IMG/VR virus record: IMGVR_UViG_3300037484_000333
Location: 1 to 64,000 of that record
Source: a virus
Lineage: Duplodnaviria; Caudoviricetes
DNA: 64,000 nucleotides
Reading direction: 5' to 3' (one strand)
Shown: positions 45,496-54,331 of the stretch, piece after piece
Layout of the letters: each line of letters starts with the position of its first letter
How positions within the stretch are numbered: the stretch's first letter is position 1
Position numbers and translations under genes: made by a program
The notes under the pieces: model-generated
The model's database searches: none
The model's input: only the letters and a program-made list of their open reading frames with translations
What the model was told of the DNA's origin: nothing

Positions 45496-47483
45496 GTTTG
45501 ACCTACCTTCACCTTGAATCGTATGGGCAGCATGAACTCAACAGTCTTGGCTACCTCGTGTACCGCTTCTTCTAATTCACGCACCAACTTCATAGGACAG
45601 TAGTAGTCTAGCGAATCGTGAATCTGGTCGAAAAAATGCGCCCCTAGCTGTTGGGCATACTTGTCCATACGCACCATGCAGACCTTTATTATATCACCAG
45701 ACGCAGTGCTCTGCACTACTCCATTAGCTAGTTCCTTGCGGGCATGGCTCCTGGTACGCGGGTCGTTAGACTGTATGGCCTCAAAGTACATACGGTGGCC
45801 TAACCAGGACTCTGCATACCCACGTTCCATGCCCTCAGCTATGATACCTTCTTGCCACACCCTCAGTACGTGGAGCTTACCTCTTACTATCTGTAGCCTT
45901 CTTCTAGCCTCTTGCAGCTCCACATTGTCACGTTTAGCGCACTCCCTCTCACTCAACCCATATATACCTGCAAAGTTATACACCTTGCCGGTCTTACGTT
46001 GTGTAGGTGAGGGATAATCAGTATTAAAGATAAGTCCACCCGTCATACTGTGGAAGTCTTCACCAGCTAGCCAAGCCTCGACCATTATAGGGTCCCAGCT
46101 AAGGCCAGCCATGACTACCATCTCTAGCTGGACGGCGTCAGCACTTACTATGGCATACCCTTCTGGTGGGACGACCGCGAGCTTTTGCTCCGCCGTGAAG
46201 TTTTGGGTGTTTGGACCTTCACTAGCGACTCTATTGGTGATAGCCCAAGTTGTCTTGAAGCTAGGATGTAAGCGAGAGTCTGGATAAAGATGGTCGAGGA
46301 TGACTCTCCACAGAGTCTTCGACGATCCGGCTTCTTTAATAGACAGTACCCTGTCAACCAGATCGCTAGTTCCTTTAAGGTGGGCAAGGGCTTTGGACCC
46401 TGTAGAGCGCGCACCTGCTGGCGTAAAGACTCTAGCTCTGAGTCCAAGATCATCAAACAGTAGTTTCTCAAGTTGCTTGGGGGATCGGTGATGGACGGGG
46501 AAGGTGGCTGCAAGGTGTCGTTCAAGTCTATCCAACCCTTCTATTTGGGCCTCAACAAACTGTCGGTCTATCAGTATACCGTGCTTCTCAGCCTTTGTCA
46601 ATATAGATTGGACTGGGAGATCAATATTGAGGTACCTATCAGCTGACCCAGTCTCTAGCATCTTGGGCCATGTGTACTCCAGGTGTAGCCGACGTGTGGC
46701 GTCTGCATCCATACAGGCGTATGGGTACAAGCTGTCAAGGTCGTCCGCTATTACCTCTGTCCACTCCCGCATCTCCAAGCCAAGGTGTTCCCTGGCCAGT
46801 CGCTTCAGACCACTGCTTCCACGATAGTGACCGAGCAAGAAGGCTTGGAGCTTGGTATCATGGTAAGTGAGACTGTCGGGGTCCCATCCAAGGAATAGCT
46901 GATCGAAAGGTGCGTTGTGAAATACAAGAGTCCGGTGTCGGAGCGCGGACCATAACTCCTCAGTCTTGAAGCAGTCGACTGGAATGTAACAGCCAGTCCC
47001 TGGAGCCACAGAGAGAGAGACTCCAAGGAGTCCGTCACTGACGGGCTTAAGTCCAGTAGTTTCTGTGTCGATTCCGACAAGTTCTTCACTCCCTAAATAC
47101 TCCACAACCTCAGCAAGGGTAGTGACGAGGCGGTAGTCGCCTGTGGTGATTGGTCCTGGAGGATTTATTGGTACACCTATAGGACCACTAACTACCGCCT
47201 CGTCAGGCTGGACCTTACACCCTGCCTTCTTAACTATTACCTCTCCTGGGTGGGGTGAGGGCTTAATCCAAATAGTCTTCTTATCAGCGATGGCCAAGAC
47301 CGAAAGTACCGCCGAGCCCTTAGTGTCTTGTTGGGCATACTCGTAGATACCCTCAACCCCACCCAGTTCACGAAGAGAGGCCGAAATTAATACGTTGACA
47401 TACTGGGAGGCTAGGTCCTCAGACAGGTTGAAGTGTGTAGAGGCCCAGTCTTTAACCGACAGTACGTCAACGAAAAGAAACAG
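45486..47483 (-). CDS. polA: Family A DNA polymerase with 3'-5' exonuclease, probable CTG start
   Basis: IDTETTG exo I, ADAVQLE motif A, KVYNFAGIYG motif B, QIHDSL motif C; frame open 62 codons above TTG 47297 to a CTG 7 nt after AGGAG. Confidence 0.9.
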   Translation of the reverse strand: MFLFVDVLSVKDWASTHFNLSEDLASQYVNVLISASLRELGGVEGIYEYAQQDTKGSAVLSVLAIADKKTIWIKPSPHPGEVIVKKAGCKVQPDEAVVSGPIGVPINPPGPITTGDYRLVTTLAEVVEYLGSEELVGIDTETTGLKPVSDGLLGVSLSVAPGTGCYIPVDCFKTEELWSALRHRTLVFHNAPFDQLFLGWDPDSLTYHDTKLQAFLLGHYRGSSGLKRLAREHLGLEMREWTEVIADDLDSLYPYACMDADATRRLHLEYTWPKMLETGSADRYLNIDLPVQSILTKAEKHGILIDRQFVEAQIEGLDRLERHLAATFPVHHRSPKQLEKLLFDDLGLRARVFTPAGARSTGSKALAHLKGTSDLVDRVLSIKEAGSSKTLWRVILDHLYPDSRLHPSFKTTWAITNRVASEGPNTQNFTAEQKLAVVPPEGYAIVSADAVQLEMVVMAGLSWDPIMVEAWLAGEDFHSMTGGLIFNTDYPSPTQRKTGKVYNFAGIYGLSERECAKRDNVELQEARRRLQIVRGKLHVLRVWQEGIIAEGMERGYAESWLGHRMYFEAIQSNDPRTRSHARKELANGVVQSTASGDIIKVCMVRMDKYAQQLGAHFFDQIHDSLDYYCPMKLVRELEEAVHEVAKTVEFMLPIRFKVKVGQTWG

Positions 47484-47498
47484 TTGGTAACTCCTAGT

Positions 47499-47744
47499 TT
47501 ACTTTTGGCCTATTGTCAGGAGCCGACCTACGCCATAGGCCACTACTATCAATAAGCTTGCAGCAATGAGCAGAGGCCACATAACGGCAATAACCCCAGC
47601 CATACACAGGTCTGCTGTCTGGTCGCTAAGTTCCCCTCTTAGGTTTCTTGACGCCTCGTTCCTGATATAATGCCTTGCAAGAAGGCTTCCAAGGATGAGG
47701 TAAAGGACTGACAACCCCACAATGGATGTTATGGTTACTAACAA
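47499..47744 (-). CDS. Two-TM membrane protein
   Basis: Two hydrophobic helices. Confidence 0.6.
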   Translation of the reverse strand: MLVTITSIVGLSVLYLILGSLLARHYIRNEASRNLRGELSDQTADLCMAGVIAVMWPLLIAASLLIVVAYGVGRLLTIGQK

Positions 47745-47753
47745 GTTGTGCTC

Positions 47754-48377
47754 CTATCTAGGCCAGCAGGACCACTCCCATTGCCGACCTACACTAACAA
47801 ACCACGCTGCCGCTTCCCAAGCCACTGTCCTGTTACATGGGTCGGCAGCGGCAAAGGGTGTGGTAGCCCAGGTGCTCGGCATAAATTGAAATGGACCTAA
47901 CTCACCTGAGCTACCTACCTTACATTCCTCATATTGGTGGCGGCTCTCGCACCACTCGACATACCATAGGGTGTCAAGAAACTGTTCTACATTATACTTA
48001 GAAACCGCAACTTGCGCTAATCTTGGGGGAGTCTCCCCGTTGTTCGGGATTGGATGTTGTCCTCCCACCCCTGAAGGTACCCCGCCTTGTACCACTCCTT
48101 CAGGACTTCCTCCAACTTCTCCCTGTCCTTGTACCACGGTAGCGGGTTCAGCCGACGCCACCATAATGCTATCACTTGCGGCAATGAGATCAACTGTCGT
48201 AAGAGGCACATGGTTTATACTCCGAACAAGATCAAAAGGTTGAGCCATAAGAACACTGCGATCAACTTCGTTAAGAAGTCTATCATAGTCCTCCCTACTA
48301 TCTACCTGCAGGCTAACCGCCGAACACCCTATAGCTATGGCTATGAGTATTGTGGCTATCAGCGGTAGGAGCCTCAG
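47754..48377 (-). CDS. Secreted/lipoprotein lysozyme-like (SLT/Rpf-type) transglycosylase, apparent CTG start
   Basis: WCES catalytic Glu and GPFQFMPSTW; the upstream extension gives signal peptide MRLLPLIATILIAIAIGC; GGAGG 7 nt before a CTG that overlaps the upstream TGA. Confidence 0.75.
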   Translation of the reverse strand: MRLLPLIATILIAIAIGCSAVSLQVDSREDYDRLLNEVDRSVLMAQPFDLVRSINHVPLTTVDLIAASDSIMVASAEPATVVQGQGEVGGSPEGVVQGGVPSGVGGQHPIPNNGETPPRLAQVAVSKYNVEQFLDTLWYVEWCESRHQYEECKVGSSGELGPFQFMPSTWATTPFAAADPCNRTVAWEAAAWFVSVGRQWEWSCWPR

Positions 48378-48556
48378 GCTCGTTCCTCCACTGTTAGGTT
48401 CTTCTTCACTGCTTGGAAACCTATCTGAATGAGGTTAGCTTTGCCACACTTGATACACTCGAAGTCTTCGACACCACTAGACTCAGCGTACCAGACTTCT
48501 CTATTCAGTTCCCCGCAGTAAGCGCACTCCAAGGCTAGTACAAACCTATCTCCCAT
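48374..48556 (-). CDS. Zn-ribbon protein
   Basis: CAYC...CIKC. Confidence 0.6.
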   Translation of the reverse strand: MGDRFVLALECAYCGELNREVWYAESSGVEDFECIKCGKANLIQIGFQAVKKNLTVEERA

Positions 48557-48827
48557 TAATTACCTCCTGTAACTCTTTCAACCTTCCCTCTATATCCACC
48601 CACCCACCGCCATACAACCCTTCAAACTTGGCTACCTCTCCACACTTAACACATACTCCCTGGTTTGAACCCTCAGGGAGTACCCAATGGTGGGCAGGTA
48701 AACTATTACAGGGACAACTATCCCTATGACACTTAATGGTATCACACATCGCAGAAGTTCGCATAGTATTCCTATTATAAGGTAATAAGTCCAGTGGTGT
48801 CAAGCCATTTCTGACCTGACACCACAA
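48546..48827 (-). CDS. Cys/His-rich small protein (start uncertain)
   Basis: HHWVLP...CVKCG. Confidence 0.45.
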   Translation of the reverse strand: MWCQVRNGLTPLDLLPYNRNTMRTSAMCDTIKCHRDSCPCNSLPAHHWVLPEGSNQGVCVKCGEVAKFEGLYGGGWVDIEGRLKELQEVINGR

Positions 48828-48864
48828 ACGTCGTCAGCGCTGACGGAGGACCCGCGTAATAGGG

Positions 48865-49305
48865 TTAATCGCCTCCGATAATGCGCCTAGTGACGATGAC
48901 GGTGGCTCCATCAGGTGCCTGGTCGTCGAGGTAGGCCTGGCGACTGTTCAGGCGGAGGTCACCATCGGCGTCGAGACCAGCGGCTTCCAAGGCGTCGCCG
49001 ACAGTACCGTTATCCGGAATGGCGAACTCCCTGACTTCTCCACCGACCTCTCCAACCTTCACGACCTTCTGCCCACCACGGGGCTGGGTCATGATCAGCA
49101 CAGAGTCGCCGTTGCTCAGGGGGTGCCGGTCGCTACTGATGCGCTCTTGCTGCCCCGCGTGGGTGACCCGTACCTCATCGTTGCCCCAAGATTCGCTGGC
49201 AGCCGAGAACAGGTCAGCCACCACAGAACCGGGCAATAGGGTATAGTTCTTCCGCTCACCACCGATGCGAGCGATAGCCACGTCGATCGTCGTCTCGTTG
49301 ACCAC
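48865..49305 (-). CDS. Tandem di-ubiquitin-like (beta-grasp) modifier precursor
   Basis: Two ~70-aa ThiS/MoaD-like units ending TQPRGG and TRRIIGG-D; SD AAAGGAG before GTG 49305. Confidence 0.85.
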   Translation of the reverse strand: MVNETTIDVAIARIGGERKNYTLLPGSVVADLFSAASESWGNDEVRVTHAGQQERISSDRHPLSNGDSVLIMTQPRGGQKVVKVGEVGGEVREFAIPDNGTVGDALEAAGLDADGDLRLNSRQAYLDDQAPDGATVIVTRRIIGGD

Positions 49306-49353
49306 GATCCACTCCTTTCTGGTACTTTGCAGTACCAACTAAACTAACAACTA

Positions 49354-49851
49354 CTATTGATGGCAGTTACAACTGCAATTGAAGCCATCTACACAATGGC
49401 AGGGGCAGTCGCAGGTATCGTCGTCGTAGCACCCACACCTCTCACAGGTGGGCTCCTCTTCCTCCTCCTCTTCATCCTCGTCGTCAGTTGGGTTGGGAAG
49501 TTCTCCACGAGGTTCCAGACCATCCGACCGACCACCACCTACTGGGAAGCTGGCTGAGTCTGCGTCAGTTCGATTCCACACCCTCAGCACGTCAAGATGA
49601 CGCAGTAGGGTACCAGTACAGACGTACCGCCCACCCACACTGAGACGGTCACCACTGTATAGGATGCCCAGCCTCTCCAGTATAGTGCTAATCCAGGCGT
49701 CCCGCCAAGGCATGACCAACTCTATAGTGGGCTGGTTCAGGCGCGCCACGTAGACTGTGATCATCCTATCGTCGTTGGGCCTATCGTTAGGCCTGTACTG
49801 CATGGCTGGACGGGCTGCAGTATAAGGTGCAGGATCATTCGTCATTACCAA
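49354..49851 (-). CDS. Ubl-like domain fused to an acidic tract and a Cys10/His2 tail
   Basis: ITVYVARL...ISTILERLG...DRLSV...DVLRVW resembles the Ubl units; then PVGGG, poly-E and CERCGC...CSCNCHQ. Confidence 0.6.
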   Translation of the reverse strand: MVMTNDPAPYTAARPAMQYRPNDRPNDDRMITVYVARLNQPTIELVMPWRDAWISTILERLGILYSGDRLSVGGRYVCTGTLLRHLDVLRVWNRTDADSASFPVGGGRSDGLEPRGELPNPTDDEDEEEEEEEPTCERCGCYDDDTCDCPCHCVDGFNCSCNCHQ

Positions 49852-50515
49852 CTCCCCATGAGTTGACTATGCTGCGAAGGGTCTTGAGATTCTGTATGTA
49901 CTCTCCCCAACACTCCTCCTTCCTAGCGAACGCGGCTATCCTGCTGGTGATAACACCTCCAATCACAAAGGGACAGTAGATCACAGACGAGTTGGTACAT
50001 GGCCTACCGTCCTTACCCTGGTCACCATATAGTGAGCCTTCATACTTGTCTACGTGGTCTGGGTCACAGGGATTGACTGCGTAGACCCTTAAGTCTTCCC
50101 CATCCATACGCCCATCGACGTACAGGGGGTAGTTAGGGTCATACTTCACAGCCTGCCAGATTTCACTCCTGACAGCCATTGAGTCAACCCCAGAGATGAT
50201 GACCCCAGGTCGCAGTTTGGTATCAGGGAACCTCCCATCAACTGCCAGTATGTTGACTGATGATAGATGAGCCAGCTCACGCGCCAACAGAACTACCTTG
50301 AGTTCGCCGACTCCATCTGGTGGGTACAAGACCTGGTTAGGTACGTTGTGGGCCTCTACCCTGTCGAAGTCGATGACCATTAGGTCCTTTACACCCATCT
50401 TGGCGACTGCTAAGGCGGTAGGCGAACCTATGCCACCTGCCCCGACTATGGTGACTGGAAAGTCGAGTAGGTCAACCTGGACTACGTCTTGTTGCCTCGA
50501 ATAGTCTATTGCCAA
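49835..50515 (-). CDS. E1/ThiF-MoeB family adenylating enzyme
   Basis: VGAGGIG, DFDRVEAHNVPNQ, SGVDS, DGRM, candidate catalytic Cys in RPCT. Confidence 0.9.
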   Translation of the reverse strand: MAIDYSRQQDVVQVDLLDFPVTIVGAGGIGSPTALAVAKMGVKDLMVIDFDRVEAHNVPNQVLYPPDGVGELKVVLLARELAHLSSVNILAVDGRFPDTKLRPGVIISGVDSMAVRSEIWQAVKYDPNYPLYVDGRMDGEDLRVYAVNPCDPDHVDKYEGSLYGDQGKDGRPCTNSSVIYCPFVIGGVITSRIAAFARKEECWGEYIQNLKTLRSIVNSWGVGNDE

Positions 50516-50525
50516 GTACTACCTC

Positions 50526-51344
50526 CTAATGTTTGTCAAGGAAGGTCTGAAACGGGTCGTCACTGTCACGTCGCTTACCCTTCTTGCCTTTGTTACGTGG
50601 GTTACCCCGCTTGTAGGCATCGGCCTTGCTAGTTGACCTATCTATGCGGATGACCTCTCCATCCACACAGTTAGCGGCCACTTTGGCTAGCGCAGCCTCC
50701 ACGTCTCTGGCCTTACGGGTATTAGGGTGGAGGCCAGAGCTGTAGTCGTCCTTAGATACGTTAGCCGAAATACTCTTCCCAATCGGGCCAAAAGGGGTTT
50801 GAGGTATTACCACCTTCCGCTCCCTGACCTTCTGCTTGACCTCCTCGGCACACTCCTCGTCCACATCCATTGCGGGGTATAGAACAGTCAGGTCAAACTC
50901 TTCCTCGACGGCAGACGTACCGCCCAGGCATTTGGGTAGCGTGGCTATGCCGTATACCGATCCCTTCCAGTCGTTAGCCTTATTCCCTACCAGGTAGGCG
51001 AACCAAGGAACAGTCTGCCCTACCATTTGTTCCATAGTGGTACGGTCTGTCTGGCTCCAGAAGCAGGCAGTGTGGGCGTGGCTATGCCACCAAAGGCGCA
51101 GCTCAGTAGGGTCACCGCCTTCCTCCATCCACTGCTGGATGTACTCGGCTATTGGAGTGGTATCTAGCTCAGTACCACCTGCACTACACTCCTGGTCAAA
51201 TAGGACGACCTTGGTTATTACTAACCTTCCGTCTATCTCCTTTACGTGGCCGAGGCCAGATACTTCCCCAGTGGCGTGCTTGATGTAGGATCGGAGCCTA
51301 GAGTATGGCTCCAACTCTATGTATACGTTGGCTTTGGTTGCCAA
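50526..51344 (-). CDS. JAB/MPN metalloprotease (deubiquitinase-like)
   Basis: GEVSG Glu; WWHSH...FWSQTD JAMM motif. Confidence 0.85.
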   Translation of the reverse strand: MATKANVYIELEPYSRLRSYIKHATGEVSGLGHVKEIDGRLVITKVVLFDQECSAGGTELDTTPIAEYIQQWMEEGGDPTELRLWWHSHAHTACFWSQTDRTTMEQMVGQTVPWFAYLVGNKANDWKGSVYGIATLPKCLGGTSAVEEEFDLTVLYPAMDVDEECAEEVKQKVRERKVVIPQTPFGPIGKSISANVSKDDYSSGLHPNTRKARDVEAALAKVAANCVDGEVIRIDRSTSKADAYKRGNPRNKGKKGKRRDSDDPFQTFLDKH

Positions 51345-51355
51345 AACTTCGCCTC

Positions 51356-52804
51356 CTATCGAGTGACAGTAGTTACTGTAGTTCCCGCGTCTCCATTATG
51401 ATATACAAACCCTGCTACTCGTTCAATGTCATCCCAACGCAGTGTCGTCCCAGTGTTGGGATCAACCGCCTCCGCAGGTTCGAGAGCAACTAACTCTTCC
51501 AACGCCTCGTCGTAGTCCATGACTGTTGGGGCTTTCCCTTCCTTCTTAGGTTCCACTCCCACAGGATTCCAGTGTGCGCGCAACCTAGTTATGTATATAC
51601 CGTCATGTTCCTTCTCGTTGATGTGGTTGAGGAACTTGACCAGGACTGCCAAGGCGGTAGGAAAGTCCCCCGCGCCTATCAGCTTGGTTACTGGAGTCTG
51701 TAGGTTGCCGAGACAGACGTATGCCCCACCATCATAGACGTGAGGGTGTTGAATGTCGTTGTAGAAGCCTTCACTCGTACCCTTCATCACTTCCTTGGCC
51801 CGCTGGTTTATTATCCTGATGCGGCCATTGGTGCCAATAGTAATACGGAAGGCTCCAAGGTCCCACGTATCGCCGTCAGCCTCAACTATGATAGTGTGCG
51901 TTTCAGCCACCACTGCTGAACCAGCAATGACTACGTTCTTTATACCCTCAACAGCCTTGAGACGGACAAACTCGTCCTTGAGTTCTTCTTCCTTCTTGTC
52001 TGGCTCCTCGTAAGCCCTGAGCTGGCGGATATACTTGGCCTCGTCTTGCATCCTTCCAACTAGGGCTTCTTGGTAGGAAACTATGTCATTACGGGTAGAC
52101 TGCAACTGGCCAACCAAATTCTGTTTCTGAGCCTCATACCCCTTAGTACGAAGTTCGATGTAGAGATTCTCATAGTCAGGAGGTGGAGGTGGAACAGCCA
52201 CTGCCCTGTTTGACGGTAGCTGCCTGAGTAGTTCATGCCACCACCAACCACTAATGCCAACCGCAAATAGGTACAGTACTCTACTATCAATGTAGGCAGC
52301 TACCACCTCACCATCTACCTTGATTAGGTGATAGTCATCGCCCCAGTTCTCAGGGTGGGTATAGGTAGGAGTTGTAGGCCTTCTAACGTTGTCCCGAAGC
52401 CTGTTAACACCCAATCCGGAGTCGACCATCACAGTCCAGCCCCTATGGGTGGACATGACCCCTCTAAAGTCGCTCCTATAGACGTTGAACGGACGTCCAA
52501 AGTATGGAGCCCACAAACCCAGCCAACGACGTATTGTTGGTAGGCTATACCCAACCCACCCTCGACCATGAGCCTGTACTGCATCTGGTATTGTTAAGGC
52601 TACTATACTACGGTTAGTGTTGTATTCAGGCCAATACTCAAGGAGACGCAGACCTAACGACCTCCGAACTGCTGCCAAGTGCCTGTAACTAACGGCAATC
52701 CCTGTGTTGGCCCCTGCCGTCGCAGTCGGTCTATCAGACGGATCACAAGGTATGTCAGGAAGGTCTGCAAGAGTGAAGCCCTCAAGGTAGTAGTAATCAG
52801 CCAT
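51356..52804 (-). CDS. Prokaryotic E2-like conjugating domain with N-terminal domain and coiled coil
   Basis: C-terminal HPHVYDGGAYVCLGN with candidate catalytic Cys (51713-51715); SD GAGGAGG before ATG 52804. Confidence 0.75.
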   Translation of the reverse strand: MADYYYLEGFTLADLPDIPCDPSDRPTATAGANTGIAVSYRHLAAVRRSLGLRLLEYWPEYNTNRSIVALTIPDAVQAHGRGWVGYSLPTIRRWLGLWAPYFGRPFNVYRSDFRGVMSTHRGWTVMVDSGLGVNRLRDNVRRPTTPTYTHPENWGDDYHLIKVDGEVVAAYIDSRVLYLFAVGISGWWWHELLRQLPSNRAVAVPPPPPDYENLYIELRTKGYEAQKQNLVGQLQSTRNDIVSYQEALVGRMQDEAKYIRQLRAYEEPDKKEEELKDEFVRLKAVEGIKNVVIAGSAVVAETHTIIVEADGDTWDLGAFRITIGTNGRIRIINQRAKEVMKGTSEGFYNDIQHPHVYDGGAYVCLGNLQTPVTKLIGAGDFPTALAVLVKFLNHINEKEHDGIYITRLRAHWNPVGVEPKKEGKAPTVMDYDEALEELVALEPAEAVDPNTGTTLRWDDIERVAGFVYHNGDAGTTVTTVTR

Positions 52805-53096
52805 CAGTTTCCTCCTCGGAGTCCCAAACCATGAGGATTTCACCATTACTGGAGTGGCTATCCCACAGTTCGTCGGCAGACTTAACGAACTCGTCGGCTT
52901 CGGACGGGTCCTCCAAGCTGATAGCCATGTAGCAGTCTGAGACCCACTGGACGTAGTCTTCCTCGTTCATTAAGATTACCATCTTGGGAGATAGTGGTTC
53001 TAGGAATAACTCTTGCAGGGCTACCCTCAGCTCGTCACAGATCAACATGGAGTCTGAAACCTGCCGCCATATGATTGAGGCTGATGCTACGTTCAC
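52797..53096 (-). CDS. Acidic hypothetical protein
   Basis: Contiguous ORF. Confidence 0.45.
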   Translation of the reverse strand: MNVASASIIWRQVSDSMLICDELRVALQELFLEPLSPKMVILMNEEDYVQWVSDCYMAISLEDPSEADEFVKSADELWDSHSSNGEILMVWDSEEETDG

Positions 53097-53356
53097 TTAC
53101 CACCTGCCAATCTGCTGAACGATTGCTTCAGAGCCCTCCAACGTACAAAGGTAAGGCGTTGGCGCTCCTCTTCAGTCAATTCCTCCGACCTTTCACAGAA
53201 TATACTGGCGAGGTCCCAGGCATGTCTAGCCCAAGCGGTACACTCTTCACAAAGCCAGAATTTGTAGCCATTATCGGCCTCAAACTCAGCACACTCCCCT
53301 GGAGCCGTACAATACTGGCAAACACCATATATTCTGCCTAACTCCACTACTATCAA
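53093..53356 (-). CDS. Zn-finger protein
   Basis: CQYC...CEEC. Confidence 0.5.
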   Translation of the reverse strand: MIVVELGRIYGVCQYCTAPGECAEFEADNGYKFWLCEECTAWARHAWDLASIFCERSEELTEEERQRLTFVRWRALKQSFSRLAGGK

Positions 53357-53530
53357 GTCATTTTCACTACCTTTTACTTGTAATTACCACCAGTTAGGGT
53401 ATTTACTGCCATTAGGATGGTATCTGCAGCCACTGCCCATCTGTCGTCCTCTAGTATACGCAGGTTCTTCATACATACGTCGTACCTACGCCATAGTTCG
53501 GCAAGTGTGGCTGGAGAGTTGTCCTTCATC

Positions 53531-53902
53531 CTAATACTTCATCATTACGTCGCCAACCACCACTCCATGAGTACTGGGGTCGAGGGCTATATGTTGTACC
53601 CCACTGAAGTTCGGGTTGGACCTAACACCGATAAGGGGGTGGAACTTCAGCACATTCCCATCTTGGCCAGTTACCAGGCAGTGGACCATAGTGCACTCCA
53701 CAGTCTCTTCCCTCTGCCAGACCTTAAAGGACTGTGCTTGTTTGAAGGTCAAGTATATGACTTCGTCGTCATAAGCCTCTTCCGGCTCCACTCCCCGACC
53801 TCTAAGCCACTCGCATAGTCTCATCATTCGTACTTCACCACCCTCTATTTCACCTGCAAATATTACCTTTGGACCACTGGCAGTCCTATTGGGAACCTTC
53901 AT
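53531..53902 (-). CDS. Hypothetical protein
   Basis: ATG 53902 after AGAGGG. Confidence 0.5.
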   Translation of the reverse strand: MKVPNRTASGPKVIFAGEIEGGEVRMMRLCEWLRGRGVEPEEAYDDEVIYLTFKQAQSFKVWQREETVECTMVHCLVTGQDGNVLKFHPLIGVRSNPNFSGVQHIALDPSTHGVVVGDVMMKY

Positions 53903-54074
53903 CGGCACCCTCTTCTTTTTCAGCCATGTAAAGATCGATCCAAACATCAAGACCTTCATCCAGTATGGCAGCAACCATGTCTTCGGGGCTGGAGTACTGG
54001 TCGGCGTAGTAGGTGTAGCACTCCATTAGGTCGTTGTAGGCATGGTCAGCTATTGTGACCACCAGGCTTTTCAC
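53886..54074 (-). CDS. Small hypothetical protein
   Basis: SD GGAGG; contiguous. Confidence 0.45.
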   Translation of the reverse strand: MKSLVVTIADHAYNDLMECYTYYADQYSSPEDMVAAILDEGLDVWIDLYMAEKEEGADEGSQ

Positions 54075-54093
54075 TCATGTTCACCTCCATCTA

Positions 54094-54297
54094 TCAAGTA
54101 TTGGTCTGGATTCTAATCTCGTGCCAACAAGGTCGGGTGATAAACTTACCCACCCTTTCCTTAAGGTGAGCCTCGCAAAGATTGAGGGGGGCTGTCATTA
54201 TGTCAAACTGTAGCTCGTACACCCCGTAGCAATGGCAAGTTGGACCGTCCGGTGGGTAGTGCTGGCACATTGGCATAGTTAGCTTCCTTATTATCAC
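54094..54297 (-). CDS. Small Cys-containing protein
   Basis: SD AAGGAGGT. Confidence 0.45.
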   Translation of the reverse strand: MIIRKLTMPMCQHYPPDGPTCHCYGVYELQFDIMTAPLNLCEAHLKERVGKFITRPCWHEIRIQTNT

Positions 54298-54316
54298 CTC
54301 GTACCTCCTTAGAACG

Positions 54317-54325
54317 TGCTATACT
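54317..54325 (+). promoter_or_regulatory. Extended -10 for a leaderless HNH transcript
   Basis: TGcTATACT 6 nt before ATG 54332. Confidence 0.55.
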
Positions 54326-54331
54326 TTAACT

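Noticed and set aside
48017-48290. 64-aa ORF and a 23-aa hydrophobic ORF overlapping the SLT gene
   Set aside because: Both lie wholly within the extended SLT frame. The 23-aa ORF has a good SD (GGAGG) and cannot be fully excluded, but there is no other support.
48832-48845. Perfect 14-bp palindrome CGTCAGCGCTGACG after the Ubl operon
   Set aside because: Single occurrence with no U-tract; too little to assign a function.
49835-50515. Thiamine or molybdopterin biosynthesis role for the ThiF gene
   Set aside because: Neighbours are JAB, E2-like and poly-Ubl genes, not thiG/thiC/moaE.
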